From NCBI GenBank assembly GCA_003233255.1, contig QILH01000296.1, positions 1 to 40,957 on the forward strand: a stretch of 40,957 nucleotides of DNA. The letters are read 5' to 3'. The notes under the pieces were generated by a model, which was given only the letters and a program-made list of their open reading frames with translations, had not been told where the DNA came from and ran no database searches. Positions 1-9,880 of this stretch are shown piece by piece. Made by a program: the position numbers and the translations under genes. How positions within the stretch are numbered: the first letter of the stretch is position 1; every line of letters begins with the position of its first letter. The stretch comes from Gammaproteobacteria bacterium. GTDB taxonomy: Bacteria > Pseudomonadota > Gammaproteobacteria > UBA6429 > Thiohalophilaceae.

Positions 1-173
1 TCTATCTGTTGAGTTAAATTTGTTTTTTGTTCTGCGAGGGTTTCAATGCTGTCCAATCGCTTGTCGGAGAGGGCCGCTTGTTCCTGTAACAAAATTTTGC
101 TGAGTTCAGTTAGAAAAGTATCCAGTTCGGTTAAGCTGGTTACCAGGTGGTGAATTGATTCTTGCTGGCTCAT
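1..173 (-). CDS. flgN: Flagellar export chaperone FlgN, N-terminal part (runs off the window start)
   Basis: ATG at 173 on the minus strand, 17 nt downstream of the flgM stop, open to the window edge. It translates to MSQQESIHHLVTSLTELDTFLTELSKILLQEQAALSDKRLDSIETLAEQKTNLTQQI, a helical Leu/Gln-rich N-terminus. The flgA-flgM-flgN order is canonical. Not in the ORF track because it is truncated. Confidence 0.55.
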   Translation of the reverse strand, partial: MSQQESIHHLVTSLTELDTFLTELSKILLQEQAALSDKRLDSIETLAEQKTNLTQQI

Positions 174-190
174 ACGGGTTTAAGGCAGGG

Positions 191-496
191 TTAGAAATCG
201 GCTTCAAAGTCCATCATTTTGTCGGCGACGCGATCTGGGTTGACCTTGTATTCGCCACGAGCAATCGCATCGCGTATCTCATTAACATGTGATTGATTGA
301 TTTCAGGTTGACTGGCGAGTTTTTGTTCCAGTGATTTTAGTCGTCCGGCCATATCGGTGATGCTAACCGTGTCACCCTGGGTTGAAGAGTGACTGCTGGA
401 TGTGTTTGAGTCACTATCACTTTTGACTGACGAAACCTGACGATCACTGGAGTGTTGACTCCGGCCAGAATTTATCCCGCTTATATCATGAGGCAT
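191..496 (-). CDS. flgM: Anti-sigma-28 factor FlgM
   Basis: 101 aa with a Ser-rich disordered N-terminus. The C-terminus INQSHVNEIRDAIARGEYKVNPDRVADKMMDFE is typical of the FlgM sigma28-binding region. Lies downstream of flgA. Confidence 0.85.
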   Translation of the reverse strand: MPHDISGINSGRSQHSSDRQVSSVKSDSDSNTSSSHSSTQGDTVSITDMAGRLKSLEQKLASQPEINQSHVNEIRDAIARGEYKVNPDRVADKMMDFEADF

Positions 497-530
497 GAAA
501 CTAGACTCCTAACGCATTTTGCCGTAATTG

Positions 531-557
531 TTAGCGGCTTGTTTTCGAAAAGCTTTA
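531..557 (-). promoter_or_regulatory. Sigma28 (FliA)-type promoter for flgM-flgN
   Basis: Minus strand reads TAAAGCTT-N11-GCCGCTAA against the consensus TAAAGTTT-N11-GCCGATAA (7/8 and 7/8, exact spacing). Sits in the flgA-flgM gap about 35 nt upstream of the flgM ATG. Confidence 0.7.
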
Positions 558-586
558 GCCATTAACTTTCATGTCCTTGAAATTGT

Positions 587-1321
587 TCACATTTTAACTC
601 TAACGGTCGAACGAGCAACCACTTCACCCGAGAGTTTTCGGCCGCTTCGATTATTTACGATGGAAATAACCTGGCCATGTTTACCGTCCATCAGGGCCTT
701 GCCAGCGGTGCGTATTTTAAGCCCATTGCCTTCTGCGATAATCGTGATCATCTCGCCTCGGGTTACCAATAATCGGGGTTTTACCATTTGCGCTGTGATA
801 ACTGCAGTGTTTCGAATCGAACGTTTCGCAATCATACCGATCAGGTTATTTATATCCGTAAATACACCGGCATGGTACCGTCCGACATCGTGACGGACAA
901 AACTCAGCTGTTGTTTCGTTATCATTTCCCCACGAGCGATAGGGTGTTTAGCCACAATGACATCGGTGTAGGCACGCACATGCACAGGCAGGCGAACCTT
1001 CCAGTTTGGAATTTCACAGCGAATGCCTATACTGGTAGAACCAATCGGTGCCTTATTGCTGGTAGTAAAAATCTGGAGTGTTGATTTGCATTTTTTAAGA
1101 CGTAAACGTTTATCAAGCCGCCCGAATTTGAATGTTAAATCGTATTGATCAGCATAATTATCGATGAGGTATTGTTTCACCGTTTGTTGTAGAGAGTTGT
1201 GTGTCTGATAGACGGTGCTGGCAAGTGTATTGCCCGTAATATACAGAGCAAAAACGGCCATAAAAATGACAGTAAGCCAATATTTACACGCGGCATAGAA
1301 ATTGTTTTCTGTTCGGTTCAT
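587..1321 (-). CDS. flgA: Flagellar basal-body P-ring formation chaperone FlgA
   Basis: 244 aa with an N-terminal hydrophobic signal-like segment and a C-terminal SAF-like region (VVAKHPIARGEMIT...VKPRLLVTRGEMITI). Divergent from the cheV/flgB side, as in Vibrio and Pseudomonas. Confidence 0.85.
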   Translation of the reverse strand: MNRTENNFYAACKYWLTVIFMAVFALYITGNTLASTVYQTHNSLQQTVKQYLIDNYADQYDLTFKFGRLDKRLRLKKCKSTLQIFTTSNKAPIGSTSIGIRCEIPNWKVRLPVHVRAYTDVIVAKHPIARGEMITKQQLSFVRHDVGRYHAGVFTDINNLIGMIAKRSIRNTAVITAQMVKPRLLVTRGEMITIIAEGNGLKIRTAGKALMDGKHGQVISIVNNRSGRKLSGEVVARSTVRVKM

Positions 1322-1402
1322 ACTGGCTCCAACTTAACTGATTGAAATCTATATCCATTTTAATATTGGGTTGTTAATAAGATTTTCATTATTACAGGAT
1401 GT

Positions 1403-1418
1403 TGCAAGACATATGCCA
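1403..1418 (-). promoter_or_regulatory. Sigma54-type promoter for flgA
   Basis: Minus strand reads TGGCAT-ATGTC-TTGCA (GG-N10-GC spacing exact), about 80 nt upstream of the flgA ATG. Confidence 0.6.
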
Positions 1419-1430
1419 GTGAAGTTACCC

Positions 1431-1457
1431 TAAGTTTTTGGCGTGGCTGGCCGCTAA
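1431..1457 (+). promoter_or_regulatory. Sigma28-type promoter for cheV-cheR
   Basis: TAAGTTTT-N11-GCCGCTAA. The -10 box is identical to that of the flgM promoter; the -35 box matches 6/8. About 25 nt upstream of the cheV ORF. Confidence 0.55.
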
Positions 1458-1480
1458 AGTAGGCAGATAAATAAATTTGT

Positions 1481-2449
1481 ATGGTGTTTGATATGGCTGG
1501 CGTAATGGAAGGTGTAGATCAGCGTACTAAGCTGGTCGGAGAAAATCGTTTTGAACTTTTATTGTTTGGTCTGGGTGGGCGACAAAAATTTGGAATCAAT
1601 GTCTTCAAAGTTCAGGAAGTCATTCAATGTCCGCCATTAACATCCATTCCAAATTCTCATCGAATCGTGCGCGGTATTGCCAACATGCGCGGCCGCACAA
1701 TTACGATTATGGATCTGGCCGCAGCCATTGGTCAAAAGCCGATCGACATCAGCAAAGAACAGTACGTCATCGTGACGGAATACAATCGGTCAACTCAAGG
1801 TTTTCTGGTTGGCAGTGTTGATAGAATTATAAACATGAACTGGAAAGATATTCTTCCTCCGCCCAGGGGGGTCGGAAACAATAATTATATGACGGCCGTA
1901 ACAAAAATCGAAGAGGCACTGGTTGAAATTATCGATGTCGAGAAAATCATGGCTGAACTAGTGGGTATCGTTATTGATGTCGAGGAAGATTCAACCGTTG
2001 ATAGCGAAGAGGCGAAGTCAATCAAGCTACTGGTTGCCGATGACTCTCTAGTTGCGCGTAAGCAGGTGAAGGCGACACTCGATAAAGTCGGGCTGGCATG
2101 CGATCTGGCAAAGAATGGTCAGGAAGCATTGAACATGTTGCAAGCCGCGGTGGCAGATGGTAAGCCATTAACCGACACCTATGACGTAATTATCTCAGAC
2201 ATTGAAATGCCCGAGATGGATGGTTATACCCTAACGACTGAAATTCGAGCCGATGAACGCCTGGCCAAAATTCCGGTTATGCTTCATACCTCTTTAAGTG
2301 GGACATTTAATAGCAATATGGTCAAAAAGGTGGGGGCGGACAGATTTGTTGCCAAGTTCGATGCCAAAGAACTTGCCAAAGAGGTCAAAGGATTACTGGA
2401 AGAGAAAGGTTTAATAAAGTCGGGCACATTTAAAGAGCTGGATGATTAA
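1481..2449 (+). CDS. cheV: CheV (CheW-like domain fused to a receiver domain)
   Basis: 322 aa. N-terminal CheW-like region (FELLLFGLGGRQKFGINVFKVQEV...RGIANMRGRTITIMDL) and C-terminal REC (LLVADDS...ISDIEMPEMDG...KF). The start could be a nearby downstream ATG (1493 or 1505). Confidence 0.9.
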   Translation: MVFDMAGVMEGVDQRTKLVGENRFELLLFGLGGRQKFGINVFKVQEVIQCPPLTSIPNSHRIVRGIANMRGRTITIMDLAAAIGQKPIDISKEQYVIVTEYNRSTQGFLVGSVDRIINMNWKDILPPPRGVGNNNYMTAVTKIEEALVEIIDVEKIMAELVGIVIDVEEDSTVDSEEAKSIKLLVADDSLVARKQVKATLDKVGLACDLAKNGQEALNMLQAAVADGKPLTDTYDVIISDIEMPEMDGYTLTTEIRADERLAKIPVMLHTSLSGTFNSNMVKKVGADRFVAKFDAKELAKEVKGLLEEKGLIKSGTFKELDD

Positions 2450-2467
2450 TATTTCGGCATCCACCCT

Positions 2468-3352
2468 ATGATGTCGGCACAAACTGGAAGTGATGAAAAA
2501 TTAGTGACGGACTCCTTATTATCAAAAGAACAGTATGATAATTTTCGCGGCTTTCTAGAAGATTCGTGCGGTATAGTTTTAGGCGACAATAAACATTATT
2601 TGGTCACGTCTCGTTTAAATAAATTGACGCATGAATTTTCTTTCGACTCATTAAGTACCATGTTGGATGAGTTAAAGAGAAAAAATGACGCAAAACTCAA
2701 AGAACGCGTTATTGATGCGATGACCACTAATGAAACAAGCTGGTTTCGGGATAATTACCCGTATGAGCTTTTAAAAGAAAATTTGATTCATGAAGTCATT
2801 AAAAACAACAAACCTAATCGTTTCAGGATTTGGTCAGCGGCATGTTCGACTGGACAGGAGCCGTATTCAATCAGTATGTCAATTAGTGAGTTCCAGATGA
2901 AAAATCCAGGCATGCTTAGTATGCCGATTGAGATTGTAGGCACGGATATATCAAATACCGTACTGGATATCGCACGACGTGCAGAATATGATCAATTAAG
3001 CGCATCTCGCGGTTTGCCAGAAGAAAAAAAGAAATTATTTTTTACCAGCATCGATGGCAATCGCTGGAAATTAAATGACAAAATAAAATCCATTGTTAAA
3101 TTTAATGAAATTAATTTACTGCAGAATTACACATTGATCGGTAAGTTTGATTTAATCTTCTGCCGAAATGTCCTGATCTATTTCTCAGCGGATCTAAAAA
3201 GCGATATTCTGAATCGCATGGCGCAAATACTAAACCCCGGTGGATTTCTTATCCTGGGTGGATCCGAATCACCCACTGGCTACAGTCGTGCCTTTGAAAT
3301 GACCCGATTCCCCCAGGGCGTTGTTTACCGATTAAAGGATAAGGTAGATTAA
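2468..3352 (+). CDS. cheR: Chemotaxis protein methyltransferase CheR (flagellar-cluster copy)
   Basis: 294 aa. Motifs TNETSWFRD, RIWSAACSTGQEPYSI and LIFCRNVLIYF are the CheR SAM-methyltransferase signatures. Confidence 0.9.
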   Translation: MMSAQTGSDEKLVTDSLLSKEQYDNFRGFLEDSCGIVLGDNKHYLVTSRLNKLTHEFSFDSLSTMLDELKRKNDAKLKERVIDAMTTNETSWFRDNYPYELLKENLIHEVIKNNKPNRFRIWSAACSTGQEPYSISMSISEFQMKNPGMLSMPIEIVGTDISNTVLDIARRAEYDQLSASRGLPEEKKKLFFTSIDGNRWKLNDKIKSIVKFNEINLLQNYTLIGKFDLIFCRNVLIYFSADLKSDILNRMAQILNPGGFLILGGSESPTGYSRAFEMTRFPQGVVYRLKDKVD

Positions 3353-3445
3353 CTAAACTTGCCGCCAGGCCATTACTTGCCCGTCCCTTCCCGTTGAACG
3401 TCTTCTCATATCACTAAGGTTTTGTTTTAATGTAGTTTTTTCTTC

Positions 3446-3461
3446 TGGCATGGTTGTTGCT
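3446..3461 (+). promoter_or_regulatory. Sigma54-type promoter for flgBCDE...
   Basis: TGGCAT-GGTTG-TTGCT with GG-N10-GC spacing, about 35 nt upstream of the likely flgB ATG. It overlaps the spurious 5' extension of the tracked ORF. Confidence 0.7.
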
Positions 3462-3494
3462 CTTATCACATTAGTTGATGTATCGGAGCATATC

Positions 3495-3893
3495 ATGCCA
3501 TTTAATTTTGAATCATATTTAGGCGTTCATGAACCTGCCTTGCACTTGCGAGCTAAACGGGCGCAAATCCTGGCTTCTAATTTAGCGAACATCAATACTC
3601 CGAATTATAAAGCGCGTGATATTGATTTCACTGCGGCATTGAAAAGTGCCCGCAGCGGCCCCGGTGCTCGCAGCATGCACGTAACTCATGCTATGCATAT
3701 TCAACCTGAAAAATTTATTATCGGTTCCGAATTAAAATACCGTAATCCATATCAAGATTCACTTGATGGAAATACGGTCGAACATCAGGTTGAAATGGCC
3801 GCTTTCTCAGATAATGCGATGCGTTACATGGCGAACTTGAGAATTCTTTCAGGTAAATTTAATACCCTGCGAACAGCGATAAAAGGACAATAA
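3495..3893 (+). CDS. flgB: Flagellar proximal rod protein FlgB
   Basis: Rod N-terminal motif (LASNLANINTPNYKARD). I prefer the ATG at 3495 (MPFNFES..), which has GGAG 7 nt upstream, over the tracked 3450, which lies inside the sigma54 promoter. Confidence 0.9.
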   Translation: MPFNFESYLGVHEPALHLRAKRAQILASNLANINTPNYKARDIDFTAALKSARSGPGARSMHVTHAMHIQPEKFIIGSELKYRNPYQDSLDGNTVEHQVEMAAFSDNAMRYMANLRILSGKFNTLRTAIKGQ

Positions 3894-3894
3894 C

Positions 3895-4308
3895 ATGTCA
3901 CTACTTAGTGTGTTTGATATATCGGGTACTGCATTACAGGCGGAAAGTATCCGACTTAATACAACGTCCAGCAATTTGGCCAACGCCAATAGTATCAGCA
4001 GTAGTCACGGTGGTACCTACCGCGCTCGTCATCCCGTATTTGCACCGATATATAATGAGTTTGGTGAACAGGAAGAGAATGTCGGAGTGAAAGTTTTAGG
4101 TATTGTCGAAAGCCAAAGACCCTTAAGGCGTGAACACAATCCCAACCACCCGATGGCCGACGAAGAAGGCTTTGTTTTTTTACCCAATGTAAACGTGGTC
4201 GAGGAGATGGCGAATATGATTTCGGCATCACGCGCTTATCAAACCAATATTGAAGTAATGAACAGTGCGAAACAGATGTTGATGCGCACATTAACCTTAG
4301 GGCAATAG
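3895..4308 (+). CDS. flgC: Flagellar proximal rod protein FlgC
   Basis: 137 aa. Motifs TSSNLANANS, PNVNVVEEMANMISASRAYQTN. Confidence 0.95.
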   Translation: MSLLSVFDISGTALQAESIRLNTTSSNLANANSISSSHGGTYRARHPVFAPIYNEFGEQEENVGVKVLGIVESQRPLRREHNPNHPMADEEGFVFLPNVNVVEEMANMISASRAYQTNIEVMNSAKQMLMRTLTLGQ

Positions 4309-4324
4309 CTAAAGGAATAACAGG

Positions 4325-5032
4325 ATGGAAGGTATAGATAAAACATTACCCACGTTTGAAAGCATGGGACTTAGTAAACAGAAACCGTTAGAAAAGCCAC
4401 GGCTGGGTCAGGAAGATTTTATGAATCTTATGATGGCCCAAATCAAACACCAGGATCCGATGAAACCGATGGAAAACGGTGACTTCATCAGTCAGATGGC
4501 CGAATTTAGTTCGGTCAGCGGCCTGAAGGAACTCAAGGATTCATTTAATACTCTGGCCAATGCGTTGCAGTCATCACAGGCCTTACAGGCGTCGTCGATG
4601 GTTGGACGACAGGTCATGGTGCCAGGTGATGTGGTGGAGCTTGCTGCACAAGGTGGAATACGTGGTTCAGTTGAAATTCCCCATGCTGCAGAAAAAGTGA
4701 CGGTTAAAATATTCAATCAGTCTGGGGCGCAAGTGGCCGTGATGGATCTGGGGCCGCAACGCCCAGGCTCAACTCAGTTTAACTGGGACGGTATTATTAA
4801 AAAGCTTGATGACACGGTTCCAGCTGTAGCGGGTAATCAGGAAATTCGCGCCGAAGTCGGCGTATACAGAGTAAAGGCGGAAGCCATTATTGATGGAAAG
4901 TCGAGCGCCGTTAAAACGTTTACTGTAGATAAAGTCGATAGTGTTTTGTTGGCAAATGATAAGCAGGGTGTCACGCTTAATCTAAAACATGCCGGTGCGA
5001 CACTGTTATCCGAAGTTCAAGAGATAATCTAA
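4325..5032 (+). CDS. flgD: Hook-capping/assembly protein FlgD
   Basis: 235 aa. QEDFMNLMMAQIKHQDPMKPM..FISQMAEFSSV is the FlgD N-terminal signature. Confidence 0.9.
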   Translation: MEGIDKTLPTFESMGLSKQKPLEKPRLGQEDFMNLMMAQIKHQDPMKPMENGDFISQMAEFSSVSGLKELKDSFNTLANALQSSQALQASSMVGRQVMVPGDVVELAAQGGIRGSVEIPHAAEKVTVKIFNQSGAQVAVMDLGPQRPGSTQFNWDGIIKKLDDTVPAVAGNQEIRAEVGVYRVKAEAIIDGKSSAVKTFTVDKVDSVLLANDKQGVTLNLKHAGATLLSEVQEII

Positions 5033-5056
5033 TCCGATTATTAAGGAGTAAGTAAC

Positions 5057-6313
5057 ATGCCATTCCGAGCCGCACTTAGTGGAATAAACTCAGCAAGTGA
5101 AGAGTTAAGAGTTATTGGTAATAACGTTGCCAATGCGAGTACAACCGGTTTTAAAAAATCACGCGCAGAATTTGCAGATGTGTATGCTGCAACAGATGGC
5201 GCAGCCAGTACCGCAATCGGTTCCGGGGTGAGGTTAGCCGGTGTCTCACAACAATTTGGTCAGGGTAATATTGGATTTACTAACAGCAAACTGGATTTGG
5301 CCATCAATGGTCGAGGTTTTTTTGTTTTAGATGAAGGTGGAACACGTGGTTATACACGTGCGGGTAATTTTCAGGTTGATCGGGAAGGGTTTTTAACAAA
5401 TCCGGATGGTGCCAAGTTAGTTGTTAATGGGGCGGATGAAAATGGCGCAATTACTGGAGCAGTAGGGCCTTTACAACTTGATCGTTCTAACATTACTCCG
5501 CAGGCAACTAACCGAGTTGATGTTGGATTGAACCTTGATAGTACCGAGGAACGTCCTCCAACCGTTCCCTTTTCTCCAAATATACCTTCATCGTTTAATT
5601 CGTCGACATCGCTTAGTGTTTTCGATTCGCTAGGGGGCTCTCATCTGGCCACAATGTATTACGTTAAAGGTGAGCAACCTGGAACCTGGGAAATGTATAC
5701 CTTGGTTGATGGTAAAGATATTCACGGTAGCCAGTCCCCACCGCTGGCTTTCGATACTTTGGGCTTTGATGGTGCCGGGCAATTAGCGAGTATAAATGGA
5801 ACTCCAGTCCCACCGGGCATTATTGAATACCCAGCGTTTGATACCGGTTCAGGTGCAGAACCTCTTCAGCTTAATATGAATCTGTTATCGAATTCGCCAA
5901 TAACTCAGTTTGGTACCCGTTTTAATGTAAGCGAGCTCACTCAAAATGGTTTCACCTCGGGACGTTTAAGTGGAATCGATTTTGATGATACCGGTGTGAT
6001 TCGTGCTCGCTACAGCAATGGTCAAACACGAACTCTGGGTCAGGTTGCTCTAGCCGATTTTTCTAACGCTCAAGGTCTTCGTCCACTGGGTGATACGGGT
6101 TGGGCAGAGAGTTTTGCTTCGGGTGTTCCATTACTGGGTACTCCGGGTTCCGGTAGTTTAGGCGTTTTGCAGTCAGGTGCTCTGGAAGGTTCGAATGTCG
6201 ATTTAACCAGTGAGCTGGTGAACATGATTACGGCACAACGAAATTTCCAGGCCAACGCGCAGGTGATTACGACTGCCGACACCGTTACTCAAACGATCAT
6301 TAACATAAGATAA
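5057..6313 (+). CDS. flgE: Flagellar hook protein FlgE
   Basis: 418 aa. N-terminus SGINSASEELRVIGNNVANASTTGFK and C-terminus LEGSNVDLTSELVNMITAQRNFQANAQVITT. Confidence 0.95.
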   Translation: MPFRAALSGINSASEELRVIGNNVANASTTGFKKSRAEFADVYAATDGAASTAIGSGVRLAGVSQQFGQGNIGFTNSKLDLAINGRGFFVLDEGGTRGYTRAGNFQVDREGFLTNPDGAKLVVNGADENGAITGAVGPLQLDRSNITPQATNRVDVGLNLDSTEERPPTVPFSPNIPSSFNSSTSLSVFDSLGGSHLATMYYVKGEQPGTWEMYTLVDGKDIHGSQSPPLAFDTLGFDGAGQLASINGTPVPPGIIEYPAFDTGSGAEPLQLNMNLLSNSPITQFGTRFNVSELTQNGFTSGRLSGIDFDDTGVIRARYSNGQTRTLGQVALADFSNAQGLRPLGDTGWAESFASGVPLLGTPGSGSLGVLQSGALEGSNVDLTSELVNMITAQRNFQANAQVITTADTVTQTIINIR

Positions 6314-6327
6314 CGGGCTGATTAATA

Positions 6328-7068
6328 ATGGATAAAGTCTTATACATAGCCATGTCCGGTGCCAAGCAAACGATGTTGGCCCAAACCGCGAACAGTAATA
6401 ATCTTGCAAACATTAGCACCCCCGGTTTTCGTGCTGATTACGCTCAGTTTCGCAGTATGCCGGTCTATGGTGGTGGACTGCCGACGCGCGTGTTCGCCAT
6501 GACGGAGCGTTCGGGTTCAGATTTTTCTATCGGTTCGATTAATGCGACCGGTAATACCATGGATATTGCTATCAAAGGTCAGGGCTGGATCGCGGTGCAG
6601 GCACCAGATGGAAGTGAGGCTTATACCCGTGCGGGTAATTTACGCCTGACAACAGAAGGCTTATTGGTAACAGGCGGAGGACATCCGGTAAAAGGAGATG
6701 GTGGCGTTATCACTCTGCCGCCGATTAACCGGTTGGAGATTGGTGCGGATGGAACTTTATCCGTTATGGCGCTGGGCGAAGAGGCTAATGCATTTGATAT
6801 CGCAGATAGAATAAAACTGGTTAATCCGCCAGCCAATGAATTGCAAAAAGGTACGGATGGCCTTATGCGTTTAGCCGACGGCGAAGAAGCAGAAGCTAAT
6901 GCCGATGTAAAAGTTGTTTCTGGAATGCTTGAATCCAGTAATGTAAACATCGCTTCTGCCCTGGTTAATATGATTGAGTTATCACGCCAATACGAGACAC
7001 AGATTAAAATCATGCGTGATGCTGAAGAAAATGCGGATGCGACCCGAGAACTTTTACGGATGGCATAG
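6328..7068 (+). CDS. flgF: Flagellar proximal rod protein FlgF
   Basis: 246 aa with rod-family N- and C-terminal motifs (NNLANISTPGFR; LESSNVNIASALVNMIELSRQYE). Confidence 0.9.
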   Translation: MDKVLYIAMSGAKQTMLAQTANSNNLANISTPGFRADYAQFRSMPVYGGGLPTRVFAMTERSGSDFSIGSINATGNTMDIAIKGQGWIAVQAPDGSEAYTRAGNLRLTTEGLLVTGGGHPVKGDGGVITLPPINRLEIGADGTLSVMALGEEANAFDIADRIKLVNPPANELQKGTDGLMRLADGEEAEANADVKVVSGMLESSNVNIASALVNMIELSRQYETQIKIMRDAEENADATRELLRMA

Positions 7069-7131
7069 AATCTGCAATTAAGTAATGTATCGTTAGATAT
7101 ATAACCGTAAATAAAATTACTGGAGTAACAC

Positions 7132-7914
7132 ATGAATCCATTATGGGTAAGTAAAACGGGTCTGGAAGCACAACAGAATCGGTTAGCAACCATAAGTAAT
7201 AATTTAGCAAACGTTAATACGACAGGTTTTAAACGCGATCGTCCTATTTTCGAAGATCTGATTTATCAAAATGTTCGTCAAGCGGGTGCGCAAACATCAC
7301 AGGAAACGGTATTGCCCTCTGGACTTATGTTAGGAACCGGTGTGCGTACCGTCGCCACCCAAAAAATTCATACCCAGGGTAATATATTACAAACGAAAAA
7401 CAAACTGGATGTTGCGGTACAGGGTCGTGGTTTGTTTCAAATTCAAAAACCAAACGGTGATGTAGCTTATAGCCGTACCGGTAACTTTCAACTTAGTGCG
7501 GAAGGCGTCATTGTGACGGCTTCGGGATATCCATTGCAACCGCAAATAACGGTGCCGGCAAATGCTGCGAGCTTGACTATTGGTAACGATGGCTCAGTCT
7601 CTATAACAACACCAGGTATTGCACAACCTCAACAAATTGGACAGTTCCAGCTTGCTGATTTTGTTAATCCAAGTGGATTACAACCTACAGGTGAAAATCT
7701 TTATCTGGAAACCACGGCCAGTGGTCCCCCTACGGTTGCTAACCCGGGTAATAATAATACCGGAACCTTGATTCAAGGCGCGCTAGAAGGCTCCAATGTT
7801 AATGTTGTAGAAGAGCTGGTTAATATGATTGAAACTCAGCGGGCATACGAAATGAATGCTAAGGCAATATCAACCATGGATCAGATGTTGCAGTTTGCCA
7901 ATAATCAGTTATAA
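7132..7914 (+). CDS. flgG: Flagellar distal rod protein FlgG
   Basis: 260 aa. ISNNLANVNTTGFKRDR...LEGSNVNVVEELVNMIETQRAYEMNAK. Confidence 0.95.
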   Translation: MNPLWVSKTGLEAQQNRLATISNNLANVNTTGFKRDRPIFEDLIYQNVRQAGAQTSQETVLPSGLMLGTGVRTVATQKIHTQGNILQTKNKLDVAVQGRGLFQIQKPNGDVAYSRTGNFQLSAEGVIVTASGYPLQPQITVPANAASLTIGNDGSVSITTPGIAQPQQIGQFQLADFVNPSGLQPTGENLYLETTASGPPTVANPGNNNTGTLIQGALEGSNVNVVEELVNMIETQRAYEMNAKAISTMDQMLQFANNQL

Positions 7915-7918
7915 AAAC

Positions 7919-8629
7919 ATGAAAAGTAAAATAAAATTTATAGCGCTAACCCGGTTATCCGCTGTGTTTATTGTCGTCATGACGATCGTTGCGCTAACCG
8001 GTTGCGTGAAAAGCGATAACGTTTTAACTAAAAATGAATTCAAACCACCGGTAATAGAGGCGCACGAACAGGAAAGTAAATACAACGGAGCGATTTACCA
8101 GGCAGGAATGCGGGTGAATTTATTTTCTGATACGCAGGCGAAACAAATAGGCGATATTTTAACGATTAACCTGGTTGAATCGGCAACGGCGCTGGCAAGT
8201 TCGGATACTGCGGCAGAAAAGAAACAAAATATAGAAATGCCGCCGCCTAAAATAGCCGGTGACGATGTTGTTAAAGACGGGAAAAATGTATTAGAAAATG
8301 AAATTGAAGCAGGAAGGGATTTTCGCGGAAGTGGCGAATCCAATCAGGCGCATAATTTTCAGGCCGTGATTACAGTGAGCGTGATCGATGTTCTACCGAA
8401 TCAACATCTGGTTGTTCGTGGTGAAAAAGTGATTATGCTGAATCAGTCTGATGATTACATACGTTTTTCAGGCATTGTACGCCCGCAGGACATTGATCAG
8501 AATAATACTATTGAATCACAAAAAGTGGCGAATGTACGCATTAGTTACTCAGGTCGAGGTGTTTTATCTGCGGCGAATAAAATGGGGCCACTGTCTCGAT
8601 TCTTTCAAAGTGGTGTTTATCCTTATTGA
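7919..8629 (+). CDS. flgH: Flagellar L-ring lipoprotein FlgH
   Basis: ATG at 7919 gives [29 protein letters not shown], a lipoprotein signal with a lipobox Cys. The tracked start at 7856 overlaps the flgG 3' end and is an artefactual extension. Confidence 0.9.
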   Translation: MKSKIKFIALTRLSAVFIVVMTIVALTGCVKSDNVLTKNEFKPPVIEAHEQESKYNGAIYQAGMRVNLFSDTQAKQIGDILTINLVESATALASSDTAAEKKQNIEMPPPKIAGDDVVKDGKNVLENEIEAGRDFRGSGESNQAHNFQAVITVSVIDVLPNQHLVVRGEKVIMLNQSDDYIRFSGIVRPQDIDQNNTIESQKVANVRISYSGRGVLSAANKMGPLSRFFQSGVYPY

Positions 8630-8645
8630 GTCAGGAGTAGTAGCA

Positions 8646-9767
8646 GTGTTACAAAAAGCAGAGTTAAAATTTGTTCTTATTACTGGATTCCTGATGTTTT
8701 TTGCATTGCAGTCTGATTTTGTTGCAGCTGATCGGATAAAAGATATCGCCAAAATACAAGGAGTCCGGGATAACCAACTTGTCGGTTATGGATTAGTAGT
8801 AGGTTTGAATGGAACCGGCGATGGTAATGCACCTCATACAGTACAGAGCTTACGAGGAATGTTATCGAGACTCGGTGTTAATATACCGCAAAACGTATCG
8901 TTACAATCTAAAAATGTAGCCGCGGTAGCCATACATACCAGTTTACCTGCCTTTGCAAAACCTGGACAAACTATTGATATTACGATTTCATCAATTGGAA
9001 ATGCGAGAAGTTTGCGTGGCGGAAGTTTGCTTATCTCCCCTTTAAAGGGTGTTGATGGACAGGTTTATGCGATAGCTCAGGGAAATATCATAGTTAGTGG
9101 TTTTGGGGCGGAAGGGAATGATGGCTCAAGTGTAACCGTCAATATTACGAGTGTAGGTCGTATACCGAATGGGGCAACGGTTGAAAAGGCGGTTGAGACC
9201 CCATTTGGTAAAAAGCGTGAGATTGTGTTGAATTTGCGTACGCCAGATTTTACGACCTCAAATCAGGTTACCAAGGTTATTAACGAAACCCTGGGTCCTG
9301 GTACTGCCTATTCGATTGATGCGGGCTCAATAAATGTCCAAGCACCCGAAGATCTTGCACAAAGGGTATCGTATATTTCTTTACTTGAGAACCTGGAAGT
9401 CGAACCGGCTATACCCCCGGCACGAGTGGTTATTAATGCGCGTACCGGTACAGTTGTTATTGGTCGGCATGTGCGAGTATTACCTGCGGCGGTATCGCAT
9501 GGCAGTTTAACGGTGACTATTACTGAGAGTGTCAATGTGAATCAACCTGACGCGTTTTCGAGAGCGGGTCGTACGGTAACAACGCCGCAGTCGGATCTCA
9601 ATATTGTCCAGGACAATTCTCGTATGTTCAAGATCAAAGAAGGTGTGACCCTGGACGATGTTGTTCGTGGAGTAAATGAAGTGGGTCTGGCACCAGGTGA
9701 TTTAGTTGCCATCCTGGAAGCGTTAAAAGAAGCCGGTGCCTTACGCGCAGAGTTAATCGTCATATAG
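8646..9767 (+). CDS. flgI: Flagellar P-ring protein FlgI
   Basis: GTG at 8646 with AGGAG about 9 nt upstream gives a signal peptide (..[25 protein letters not shown]) followed by the FlgI core ([21 protein letters not shown]). The tracked start at 8451 lies inside flgH. Confidence 0.9.
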   Translation: MLQKAELKFVLITGFLMFFALQSDFVAADRIKDIAKIQGVRDNQLVGYGLVVGLNGTGDGNAPHTVQSLRGMLSRLGVNIPQNVSLQSKNVAAVAIHTSLPAFAKPGQTIDITISSIGNARSLRGGSLLISPLKGVDGQVYAIAQGNIIVSGFGAEGNDGSSVTVNITSVGRIPNGATVEKAVETPFGKKREIVLNLRTPDFTTSNQVTKVINETLGPGTAYSIDAGSINVQAPEDLAQRVSYISLLENLEVEPAIPPARVVINARTGTVVIGRHVRVLPAAVSHGSLTVTITESVNVNQPDAFSRAGRTVTTPQSDLNIVQDNSRMFKIKEGVTLDDVVRGVNEVGLAPGDLVAILEALKEAGALRAELIVI

Positions 9768-9880
9768 ATATGTTAGTGGCCGTAGGTTCCAGCGCAAAAT
9801 TATTTTGCCGAGCAGGCTATTTTTTGCCGGAAATTTCATTAAAATATACATAAAATCATACACTTAAAGTATATAGTGGT

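Noticed and set aside
528-893. 121-aa plus-strand ORF overlapping flgA and the flgM promoter region.
   Set aside because: It is antisense to flgA, which has clear family features, and it spans the flgA-flgM intergenic promoter. No motifs. Shadow ORF.
3450-3494. 5' extensions of tracked ORFs: flgB from 3450, flgH from 7856, flgI from 8451, fliD from 16631, fleR from 23074, cheA from 31789, cheW from 33812.
   Set aside because: Each extension overlaps the preceding gene or a promoter, lacks an RBS and adds non-homologous residues. Internal starts with good Shine-Dalgarno sequences and proper signal peptides or N-termini exist.
6621-7193. 190-aa minus-strand ORF antisense to flgF/flgG. Similar long antisense ORFs occur at 15900-16376 (158 aa), 26331-26783 (150 aa), 30029-30442 (137 aa), 38413-38922 (169 aa), 35260-35622 and 36310-36666.
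   Set aside because: All lie fully inside, and antisense to, strongly supported flagellar or che genes. They have low-complexity Ser/Ala/Thr-rich translations, no RBS and no recognisable motifs. They are shadow ORFs.
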